DNA of 29,163 nucleotides from Vulcanimicrobiota bacterium (GTDB lineage Bacteria; Vulcanimicrobiota; Vulcanimicrobiia; Vulcanimicrobiales; Vulcanimicrobiaceae). Each line of letters starts with the position of its first letter. The first letter of the stretch is position 1. The stretch lies in contig PLCF01000017.1 of assembly GCA_003135555.1 (NCBI GenBank), positions 20,353 through 49,515 on the forward strand, read 5' to 3'. The notes below the pieces were generated by a model. The model saw only the letters and a list, made by a program, of their open reading frames with translations. It had not been told where the DNA came from and ran no database searches. Below, piece after piece: positions 1-9,106 of this stretch. Position numbers and translations under genes: made by a program.

Positions 1-1277
<1,277 letters not shown>

Positions 1278-1285
<8 letters not shown>

Positions 1286-1778
1286 CCTCGCGCAGGATCC
1301 CCGTTTCGACCTCGTAGACGAAGCCGCGCACGTGGTCGCGCTGCGGTAAGAACTCGTGGCTGCGCACCCGCTTGACCGCGCGTCGTACCGCGGCGTCGAC
1401 GTCGTCGAACGCGCCGAACTCGTACGGCGGGCGGGCGCCCGTCTCGGCCTGGAGCTCCGCCTGGAGCGCGTCCTCGCTGATCTTCTGCAGCCCACAGTCG
1501 GTGTGGTGAACGAGGATCACGTCGCGTGTCCCCAAGACGCGTTGCGAAAGCACCAGCGAGCGCAGCGCGTCGTCGGTGATGAGCCCGCCGGCGTTGCGGA
1601 TCACGTGCGCGTCGCCGATCGCCAGGCCGAACAGGTCGAAGACGTCGATGCGCGAGTCCATGCAGGCGACGATCGCCAGATGCTTCGCCGGCGTGACCGG
1701 CCGCGGGCCGCCGAAGCGCGCGGAGTGCAGTCGCGCCTCGTACAGCATGTGATCGATGACGGAGTCGCTCCGAGCCAC
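1278..1778 (-). CDS. Beta-class carbonic anhydrase
   Basis: Zn-binding motifs CMDSR and HHTDCG, plus RNAGG and GFVYEVETG. Confidence 0.93.
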
Positions 1779-1899
1779 CCGGCGGGTTTGCGTGCCGACC
1801 GTCGAGTTCCCGCGTCAGCGGGCGAGCGCCCCCTTTTTCCCGGTGTTTCGGCGTTGCGGCCGGGCTGTTTCGGGGAACGTGGATAGCCGGAGGAAATAG

Positions 1900-2403
1900 A
1901 TGCAACACACCGATGCGGGCACTGCCGTCGTCGCGACGTTCACCCAGCGCAGCCGTGCCGACGCGGCGATCGCTGCGCTGCACGAGCAGGGCTTTCGCCG
2001 CACCTGGCTGGCGGTGATCGACCGCTCGGCCGGCGCGGGCCAGACGTTCGCCGATTCCGGCGACGGCGTGCAGCGGCGCTGGATCCGCAAGGACGCGCCG
2101 CGATCGCTCTACGATGCGCTCCGCGACCACGGTGTGTCCGATGACGTCGCGCTGCACTTGGATGACTCGGTCGACGACGGCCACTGCATCCTCGTCGCGG
2201 AGGCGGCGAACGAACCGGCGTATGCACAGGAGATCGTCGAGCGCGCGACTGGGCAGCTGCTCTCGGCGCCGACCCCGCTCAAGGGTGACGCGGCGACCCC
2301 CGAGCGCGACGCGCTGCGCGAGCGCCGGCTGTCGATCGCCCCGGTCGTCCGCGAGGACGTCTTCGTCTGTCGCGAACCGCGCGGCGCGACGCCCTCGATC
2401 TAG
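1900..2403 (+). CDS. Hypothetical protein, general-stress-protein-like
   Basis: GGAGG RBS; the N-terminus VVATF...ADAAIAALHEQGF resembles general-stress (YflT/YsnF-like) proteins; family uncertain. Confidence 0.6.
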   Translation: MQHTDAGTAVVATFTQRSRADAAIAALHEQGFRRTWLAVIDRSAGAGQTFADSGDGVQRRWIRKDAPRSLYDALRDHGVSDDVALHLDDSVDDGHCILVAEAANEPAYAQEIVERATGQLLSAPTPLKGDAATPERDALRERRLSIAPVVREDVFVCREPRGATPSI

Positions 2404-3122
2404 GGTTCGGGCAACTCCTGCCAGAGGGTCGAGTGCTCGTCGGGCCGTAGCCGTTCGACCGTGTAGTAGTAGAGCGCGAGGGAGCGTCGCACGACGTCCG
2501 GCGGGCAGTCGAGCGGGTGCGGATGACCGTGGTACGACGTGTCCGTCGTGTTGAAGATGACCGTGCGGTTGAACAGCGGCGCGATGACCGCGCCCGGGGC
2601 GCGCATCTCCGGCGGCCAAAGCTCGAGATCGCCGCCCCATTCCGCGCGCCAATTCGGATTGAGATAGAGCAGCAGGTTGAGCCGCCGGTACGCGTGCATG
2701 ATCGGATGCACGTTGAAATCGGCGTGGACGATCAGCTTGCCGCCCCGGATGATTTGGTGGAAGCCGGCGCCGTCGAGATACGGATCCGGGATCAGCCCCG
2801 CGATTCCGGTCAGCGCCGTCAGATACGTCAGGAACGGCGTCGAGCTCAGGCTGGCGATCAGGAATGTCGATTGCGGCCCCAGCGCCGCGGCGTCGCGGAA
2901 AAAGAACTTGCGCTCCTGGAAGCCGGGGACGTCGCGGGAGCCTAACCGATCGCGCTCGGTGAAGGGCGACGGGATCTCGGCGCTCACGGCTCGCAGCAAC
3001 TCGGGCCGAAACATGCCGTCGAGCACGATGTGCGGGAACGGCGCGGCGGCCGCATAGCGCGGCGCCGAAGCAGCGGCGCCGTCGGCGAACGCCGCACCGT
3101 GCGCAAAGGCGCCGAAGAATCC
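2400..3122 (-). CDS. 2OG-Fe(II) oxygenase (prolyl-4-hydroxylase-like); start uncertain
   Basis: PFPHIVLD, HAD (HxD), RRLNLLLYLN, WGGDLELW, PLFNR, SYHGHP, RRSLALYYY. The frame stays open to GTG 3299 inside hicB, with no NTG between the hicB stop and GTG 3026. Confidence 0.85.
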   Translation of the reverse strand, partial: GFFGAFAHGAAFADGAAASAPRYAAAAPFPHIVLDGMFRPELLRAVSAEIPSPFTERDRLGSRDVPGFQERKFFFRDAAALGPQSTFLIASLSSTPFLTYLTALTGIAGLIPDPYLDGAGFHQIIRGGKLIVHADFNVHPIMHAYRRLNLLLYLNPNWRAEWGGDLELWPPEMRAPGAVIAPLFNRTVIFNTTDTSYHGHPHPLDCPPDVVRRSLALYYYTVERLRPDEHSTLWQELPEP

Positions 3123-3123
3123 G

Positions 3124-3330
3124 CTAGGCGACGTCGACGTACTCGCCCGATGGCTCCGGGATTGGAAGCTGGTCCTCGCGGAGCCCTTCCAAATGTAACT
3201 CGATTGCGCGCCGAATGAGTTCGCGTGCCTGGTCGCGCGTTTCACCGACGACCGCGACACCCGGCAAGTCCGGGGGATATGCGCCCCACCCGCCATCACT
3301 AGCTCGCTCGTAGACTACGTAGTATCGCAT
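3124..3330 (-). CDS. hicB: HicB-family antitoxin (short, no obvious DNA-binding domain)
   Basis: GWGAYPPDLPGVAVVGETRDQA...AIELHLEGL...PIPEP; its ATG overlaps the hicA TGA. Confidence 0.92.
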   Translation of the reverse strand: MRYYVVYERASDGGWGAYPPDLPGVAVVGETRDQARELIRRAIELHLEGLREDQLPIPEPSGEYVDVA

Positions 3331-3518
3331 CAGCGCTCCCAGCCCGCCTGAAGAAATATGCTCCGCAGCGTTTTCGGCGGAACTTCTCGATTATCGTGCC
3401 CCGCGACGGTGACGCGTCCCCCACCGGAAGGGTGCTTCCACTGCTCGTGGCTTCCATCCTGACGCACGATCACCCATCCAGCGTCTCTAAGGCGGCGGCG
3501 CACATCCCGAAACTTCAC
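3330..3518 (-). CDS. hicA: HicA-family mRNA interferase toxin
   Basis: GTG 3518; L...GW..VRQDGSHEQWKHP...VTV.GH...PKTLRSI..QAG, with the conserved GSH His. Confidence 0.93.
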   Translation of the reverse strand: MKFRDVRRRLRDAGWVIVRQDGSHEQWKHPSGGGRVTVAGHDNREVPPKTLRSIFLQAGWER

Positions 3519-3527
3519 CGTGCCTTC

Positions 3528-3536
3528 ATCATACCA
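3528..3536 (-). promoter_or_regulatory. Extended -10 element (TGGTATGAT) for hicAB
   Basis: TGn-TATGAT lies 9 nt upstream of the hicA GTG; no -35 at canonical spacing. Confidence 0.45.
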
Positions 3537-3730
3537 CGACACGGCGCACGAAGTCGTTCTCAAAAGGTGCCGCACGCCCTCGACCCTCGGCGAAGTGACT
3601 GCAGTTGTGCTATGCCCCCTACCCGGCACAGAGAGGCCAAGCCCCCGGATTAGAAAACTATTGGGTATGCACAATGCCTCGGCCGTGGGAGCAGGAACAT
3701 TGTCGCCGACCTTTCTCTGCAGGCCATAAA

Positions 3731-5131
3731 GTGAAGCGTCGACCGCTGGTCTTTATTGCCATGCCCTTCGGCGTAAAGTTTGCCAGTGACGTCGCCGACA
3801 AGGTCGACTTCGATCGAATCTACGAACTTGCGCTTAAGCCGGCGCTCGCCGCTTTCGACGTCGATTACGTACGCGCCGATGAAGAGCCAGCGGGCGGTAT
3901 TATTCATGCGAAGATGTTTGAACGTTTGCTCTTTGCGGATCTCGCAATTGTGGACGTCACACTCGATAACGCGAACGTATTCTATGAGCTTGGCATTCGA
4001 CACTGCGCACGCCGACGCGCGACGATAATTATCCGAGCGGAAGGCGGTCAGATACCGTTCGATATTGCAATGACGCGTATCGTACCGTATAAACTCACAC
4101 GTGGCGTATTAACGGATGAAGAGGCAACTCGACTCCGAGATGAACTCGCCCGGCGTATCAACTATTGCTTTGGCGAGATGGAGCAGCTCGACGGAAAGGA
4201 TAGTCCGCTGTTTCAGCTCATGGACGGTTTTTCCGGCGTGAATACTGCGACTAGACTCGACGACTCGATGCACGAGCGTTTAAGGTCCGGCGAGAACATT
4301 CGCGCAAGAATTGCAGGGATCGCAGATCGACTGATCGATCCCAGCGCACTCGACGAGCTCGATGCGGTAGCGTCGGAGCTCGACACGGCCTCGCCCGAAA
4401 GTCTCGATGTGTTAATGGCGCTGCTTGACGCGTATCAAAGGCAGCAGGGATTTAGCAGGATCATCATGCTTGTCGAACGGTTGCCTTCCGAGCTTCGTGT
4501 TCGCCCCAGCGTGCAAGGGCGATACGTTCTTGCCGTATGCAGATCCGAGTCGGCGGAGCTTGCAGAACTTGCACTGTCCGAAATGGAAAGCACGGTCGAT
4601 CGGTCGATAGCGACCGCGGAAGAATGTGCGCGAGTGTTCAGCGCATACCAGCGGCTGCTCGACCATCCCGTTCGCTCCTCATACGCGGACGGGATGGCGA
4701 AGCTGGATATTCGCCGGTTATCGGACCGAGCCATTCGCTGGGGGCGGCGCGCCTTCGAGCTGGACCCGCACGATTACTACACTGGTCTGAATCTGGCCGA
4801 AAGGCTCTTAAAGCATGGAACCGCAGAAGCGTATCGCGAAGGTAAAGCTGTCGCCGGAGCAACGCTGTATGCCCTGTTAAGGTTGGAGCGCATTGAGACG
4901 GCTGTCGCCTGGAATCAAGACTATTGGTATCAAGCGACGCTCCTACAGCTAAACGTTATGTTGGAAAACTGGACCTTCGTTGACGACCTAGTCGACCGCA
5001 TTCGTAGTCTTAAGGAAACAGTATCGTGGGAGCTCGAAGCTACGCGCCTAAATATCGCTGAAATGCGGGACTTGCTGGACACGCCGGAGGGTCGCGCCCG
5101 CGCTGGAATTGTCATTGACAAGCTGTTCTAG
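3731..5131 (+). CDS. DUF4071/MAP3K-TRAF-binding-type protein: N-terminal NDT/DRHyd-like domain + TPR-like helical region; candidate defence protein
   Basis: FIAMPFG, RADEE, ADLAIVDVT..NANVFYELGIRH, IPFDI; C-terminal DYYTGLN, DYWYQATLLQL, SWELEAT..NI. Start GTG 3731 (alternative ATG 3674). Lower GC than the flanks. Confidence 0.82.
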   Translation: MKRRPLVFIAMPFGVKFASDVADKVDFDRIYELALKPALAAFDVDYVRADEEPAGGIIHAKMFERLLFADLAIVDVTLDNANVFYELGIRHCARRRATIIIRAEGGQIPFDIAMTRIVPYKLTRGVLTDEEATRLRDELARRINYCFGEMEQLDGKDSPLFQLMDGFSGVNTATRLDDSMHERLRSGENIRARIAGIADRLIDPSALDELDAVASELDTASPESLDVLMALLDAYQRQQGFSRIIMLVERLPSELRVRPSVQGRYVLAVCRSESAELAELALSEMESTVDRSIATAEECARVFSAYQRLLDHPVRSSYADGMAKLDIRRLSDRAIRWGRRAFELDPHDYYTGLNLAERLLKHGTAEAYREGKAVAGATLYALLRLERIETAVAWNQDYWYQATLLQLNVMLENWTFVDDLVDRIRSLKETVSWELEATRLNIAEMRDLLDTPEGRARAGIVIDKLF

Positions 5132-5201
5132 CGGCGACCTTCGCGGTCTCTGCGCTGATACATTCGGCTATCCTCAGTCTCCGCAGTCGGGTCCGTTACC
5201 G

Positions 5202-6293
5202 TCAGTCGCCGGGGACGACCCGGCAGGCTTCGACCGGGAGGTCGAGGTGCACCGTGCTGCCGACGCTGCGGTCTTCGGACGGCGGCGTCGACACGCGCAC
5301 CTGCGTGGTCCCCAAGTCAATGAGGTAGTCGCGGGCGTCGCCGAGGTACGTCTGCCGCAGCACGACTCCCGCCAGGCGATTGTGCCCGTTCTCCTGGTAT
5401 CCGACGGCGTCGTCGCCGGCGGCGGCGAAGCCCATCGAGTGCGGGCGAATGCACAGCGTGACCGGGCCGCGCTGCGCCGCGTCGAAGTCGTCGCGCACGC
5501 GCAGCCGTGCGCCGCAGCACTCGACGACGTGCGGCTCGATCAGCGTCGCGGGGAGCGTGTTGGTGCCGCCGACGAACGTCGCGACGAACGCGGTTGCCGG
5601 TTGCTCGTAGATCTCGTGCGCGGTGCCGACCTGAGCGATCTTGCCGCCGCGCATGAGCGCGATGCGGTCGGCGGTGACCATCGCCTCGGTCTGATCGTGC
5701 GTCACGTAGACCATGGTGATCCCGGTGGCGTCGTGGATGCGCCGGATCTCGAAGCGCATCTCCTCGCGCAGGTTCGCGTCGAGGTTGGAAAGCGGCTCGT
5801 CGAGGAGTAATGTCTCGGGTTTGACCACGACGGCGCGCGCGAGCGCGACCCGCTGCTGCTGGCCGCCCGACAACTCCGACGGATAGCGGGCGGCCAGGTC
5901 GGTCATGCGAACGCTGCGCAACACCTCGCGCGTGCGGTCCTCGATCTCCGAGCGCGAGAGCTTCATCACCCGCAAGCCGTAGGCGACGTTCTCGAAGACC
6001 GTCTTGTGCGGCCAGACCGCGTAGCTCTGGAAGATCAGCGACATGCGCCGGTGCTCGGGAGGCACGACGTGCCGGGGCGACGAGACGACGCGGTCGCCCA
6101 CCGCGATCGTCCCGGCATCGGGCTTGAGGAAGCCGGCCAGCAGCTGCAGCGTCGTCGTCTTGCCGCAGCCCGAGGGCCCGACCAGCGCCATCACTTCACC
6201 GTCGGCGATCGCCAGGTCGATGGCGTCGACGGCGCGCGCCCCTTGCTTGCCGGCGTACGACTTGGAGAGTCCGGCGATATCGATGCGTGCCAT
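5202..6293 (-). CDS. ABC transporter ATP-binding protein (PotA/FbpC-like, C-terminal TOBE-like)
   Basis: GPSGCGKTT, LSGGQQQR, LLLDEP, VTHD; ATG 6293 overlaps the permease stop. Confidence 0.95.
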   Translation of the reverse strand: MARIDIAGLSKSYAGKQGARAVDAIDLAIADGEVMALVGPSGCGKTTTLQLLAGFLKPDAGTIAVGDRVVSSPRHVVPPEHRRMSLIFQSYAVWPHKTVFENVAYGLRVMKLSRSEIEDRTREVLRSVRMTDLAARYPSELSGGQQQRVALARAVVVKPETLLLDEPLSNLDANLREEMRFEIRRIHDATGITMVYVTHDQTEAMVTADRIALMRGGKIAQVGTAHEIYEQPATAFVATFVGGTNTLPATLIEPHVVECCGARLRVRDDFDAAQRGPVTLCIRPHSMGFAAAGDDAVGYQENGHNRLAGVVLRQTYLGDARDYLIDLGTTQVRVSTPPSEDRSVGSTVHLDLPVEACRVVPGD

Positions 6294-8005
6294 CAGGAAC
6301 TCGTTTTCTCCATGAAGTCGCGTCCCAGGAAACGGTACGCCACCGAGACGATAACCAGCGTGATCGCCAAGATGATGATCGCGAGCGTCGAGACGCCCTC
6401 GTAGTTGCCGGCGTCGGTGAAGTCGAAGATTTGGGTCGTCATCGTCGCCGTGCGCGGCGTAAACAGAAAGATCGCCGAGCTCAGCTCGCGGATCGCCGGG
6501 ATGAAGACGAGCAGCCAGCTGGCGAGCAGGCCGCGGCGCAGCAGCGGCGCGGTGATCGTGCGCAGCGCGCGCAGGCGGGTCGCGCCCAGCGTTCGCGCCG
6601 CATTTTCGAGGTCGACGTTGACCGCGCCGATCATCGTGTTGAGGTTGGAGTAGGCGATGGGCAGAAACCGCGTCGTGAACGCGATGATCAAGATCGCGGC
6701 GGTGCCGTACAGGATCAGCGGCGGGTGCGAATAGGCCGCGTAGATCCCGATCGCCAGCACGATCCCCGGCACGACGAAGGGCGCCATGCAGACGATCCCC
6801 AGCGCGCTCGCGCCGGGAAAGAGCCGGCGGTTCGCGGTGTAGGCGATCAGAAAGGCGATGATCGTCGCGATGGTCGCCGCCGCGGCGCCGTACGAGAGGC
6901 TGTGAACGATCGCCAGGCGCGTCTCGCCGTTTTCGAAGAGCGCCCAGTGGTACCAGTACAGCGTCAGGTTGCCGGGGACGGGACCGGTGCTCCAGATGCG
7001 CGAAAGCGAGGTGGCCAGCAGTGCCAGATACGGCAAGAACACCGAGCACAACGGCACGATCAGCGCGATCCCCAGCAGCGGCCAGCGCCAGGCGCCCAAC
7101 GCGATGAGCCGGCGGCGGCCGCCTTTCCCGCCCACGGTGGTGAACTTGCGGCGCCCCAAGATGCGCCGCTGCAGCAGCAGCAGCCCCAGCGTCACGCCGA
7201 TCAGCGGCATCGCGTACGCGGCGGCCAGCTCGGTGCGCACCGGGAACTGAAAGAACAAGTAGAGCTGCGTCGTGACGACCTGCGTGCGCGCCGGAATGAG
7301 CAGGAACGCCGGCGTGCCGAACTCGGCGAGCGCTTCGAGGAACGACATGATGAAGCCGGCGACGATCGCCGGCATGACCAGCGGCAGCGTGATCGAGCGC
7401 ATCGTACGCCAGGCCGAGGCGCCCAACGTCGACGACGCATCTTCGAGCTCCACGGCGAGCAGCTCGAGGCCGCCGGCAACGAACGTGAACGTGTACGGAA
7501 CGTTGTAGAGCGCCATCACGAAGATCGCGCCGCCGAGCGAGAAGATGTTGAGCGGGCCGTGGTCGGCGTGGGTGAACGACGCGATGGCGCGGTTGATCCA
7601 ACCGCTGTTGGGAGCGGCGAGCAGAATCCAGGCCTCGGCGCCGATGAACGATGGCGTGACGAACGCCGCGGTGATGAGCGCGCGAAACCCCTTGCGCCCC
7701 GGCATGTCGGTGCGCGCGATCAGCCAGGCCAGCGGCGTCCCGATGAGCGCGGCGATGCTCGCCACGCACGCCGCCAGCACGAACGAATTGAAAATCGGTC
7801 GCAAGTAGATCGAGGTCGTGAACGCGGTGACGTAGTTGCCCAGCGTGAGGCCGCCGGCGTCGGCCCGTTGCACGCTGATGAGCAGCAGCCAGCCCAGCGG
7901 CACGATAACCAGAATCGCCAGCACCGCGACCGCTCCGATGAAAAAGATCGGGCCGACGTCGAACCCCCGGCGTTCCGCGCGGCGCGGCGCGGCCTGGGCT
8001 ACCAT
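6293..8005 (-). CDS. ABC transporter permease with duplicated TM domain (FbpB-like)
   Basis: About 12 hydrophobic segments; two EAA loops (LEDASSTLGA, LENAARTLGA). Confidence 0.94.
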   Translation of the reverse strand: MVAQAAPRRAERRGFDVGPIFFIGAVAVLAILVIVPLGWLLLISVQRADAGGLTLGNYVTAFTTSIYLRPIFNSFVLAACVASIAALIGTPLAWLIARTDMPGRKGFRALITAAFVTPSFIGAEAWILLAAPNSGWINRAIASFTHADHGPLNIFSLGGAIFVMALYNVPYTFTFVAGGLELLAVELEDASSTLGASAWRTMRSITLPLVMPAIVAGFIMSFLEALAEFGTPAFLLIPARTQVVTTQLYLFFQFPVRTELAAAYAMPLIGVTLGLLLLQRRILGRRKFTTVGGKGGRRRLIALGAWRWPLLGIALIVPLCSVFLPYLALLATSLSRIWSTGPVPGNLTLYWYHWALFENGETRLAIVHSLSYGAAAATIATIIAFLIAYTANRRLFPGASALGIVCMAPFVVPGIVLAIGIYAAYSHPPLILYGTAAILIIAFTTRFLPIAYSNLNTMIGAVNVDLENAARTLGATRLRALRTITAPLLRRGLLASWLLVFIPAIRELSSAIFLFTPRTATMTTQIFDFTDAGNYEGVSTLAIIILAITLVIVSVAYRFLGRDFMEKTSS

Positions 8006-8017
8006 CCTAGCGGCGCA

Positions 8018-9085
8018 CTAGACGTTGAAGGTCTCGCGCCACTTGGCGATGACTTCGGGGATCCCGTTGAGCAGCCGCTCGATCTTGACGTGATAGGTCT
8101 TCATCCGGTCGATGCGGATCCCGGTCGTCGAGGGAACGTCGAGACGCAACGGCAGGTTGAACGTTGATGCCGCCGTCACCGAGTACTCGTGCGAGTAGTA
8201 GAAGTTCATGAACAAGCGCGCGGCGTTCGGGTGTGGCGCCTCTTTCAACACGGTGACCGGCGCGGTGACGAGGATCGTGTCGTCCTCGGGGAACGCGACC
8301 GCGATCGCGTTGCCGCCCGCCTTGCGCTCGAGCGCGAGGCTGTCGGCGCCCGGCCCGACGACGCGCTCGCCCGAGACGATGTCGGTCGTGCAGTCGAACA
8401 CTGAGCGGCCGATCTTGGGGTTGTTCTTCGCGAACGGCTTGAAGTAGTTGTCCCAGCCGTACTTGTCGGTCATCGCCACGACCCAGTTGCCGACATAGCC
8501 GCTGAAGCCGGGGTGCCCCGTCGAGAGCAGATCCTTCATCCGCGGATCGAGCAGGTCGCCCCATTTGCGCGGCGCCGGGATCTTCTTGGGGTTGTAGTTG
8601 ATGCACATCAGCGCGATGTCGCCGAGCTGATAGGTATCGTCGGGGTCGAGGTGCTGGAACTCTTTGGGGATCTTGTCGATGTCGCCGGGGACGAACTGCG
8701 CCAACGCGTTCTGCTTCTTGAGGATCGTCATGTGCGCTTCGTCGGTCGACGCGAACACGTCGACTTGGTGGACGTTCGACTTGAGATCTTGCGTGAGGCG
8801 CTGAAACAACACCTGACCGGTTTGGCGCAGCAGCTCGATCTCGATCCCGGGGTATTTGGCTTTGAACGCGCCGGCGCACTTCTCGGCGGCGCCTTGCGTG
8901 TAGTGGCCGGTCCACCACACGAGCTTGCCTTCGCGCTTCGCTGCGTCGTAGAGCTTGGAGACGTCGGCATCGGTCACTTGGTTCTTGCGCCGCGGCGTCG
9001 CCGCCAATGCCGTCACCGGCGTCCCGCCGGCGAGGCCTGCTCCCAGGGCGGCAGCGCTGCGCACGAAGGTCCCTCTGGTTGTCAT
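8018..9085 (-). CDS. ABC transporter substrate-binding protein with Tat-like signal
   Basis: AAKREGKLVWW, AFKAKYPGI, APHPNAARLF; GAGAGGAG RBS. Confidence 0.93.
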   Translation of the reverse strand: MTTRGTFVRSAAALGAGLAGGTPVTALAATPRRKNQVTDADVSKLYDAAKREGKLVWWTGHYTQGAAEKCAGAFKAKYPGIEIELLRQTGQVLFQRLTQDLKSNVHQVDVFASTDEAHMTILKKQNALAQFVPGDIDKIPKEFQHLDPDDTYQLGDIALMCINYNPKKIPAPRKWGDLLDPRMKDLLSTGHPGFSGYVGNWVVAMTDKYGWDNYFKPFAKNNPKIGRSVFDCTTDIVSGERVVGPGADSLALERKAGGNAIAVAFPEDDTILVTAPVTVLKEAPHPNAARLFMNFYYSHEYSVTAASTFNLPLRLDVPSTTGIRIDRMKTYHVKIERLLNGIPEVIAKWRETFNV

Positions 9086-9106
9086 GTCATGCTCCTCTCA
9101 TCGGGT

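Noticed and set aside
3605..3730. N-terminal extension of the DUF4071-type ORF and the 5' extension of hicA to 3674
   Set aside because: Family similarity starts at 3731 and 3518 respectively, and the two extensions overlap each other.
3121..5134. CCGCTAG (3121) / CTAGCGG (5128) as inverted ends or integron attC-like sites of the island
   Set aside because: Only 7 bp and built on TAG stops; the same word recurs at 8007; no target duplication, attC hairpin or recombinase.
5202..7769. 855-aa fused ABC ATPase
   Set aside because: The part upstream of 6293 is an off-frame shadow of the permease; the real start is at the TGATG junction.
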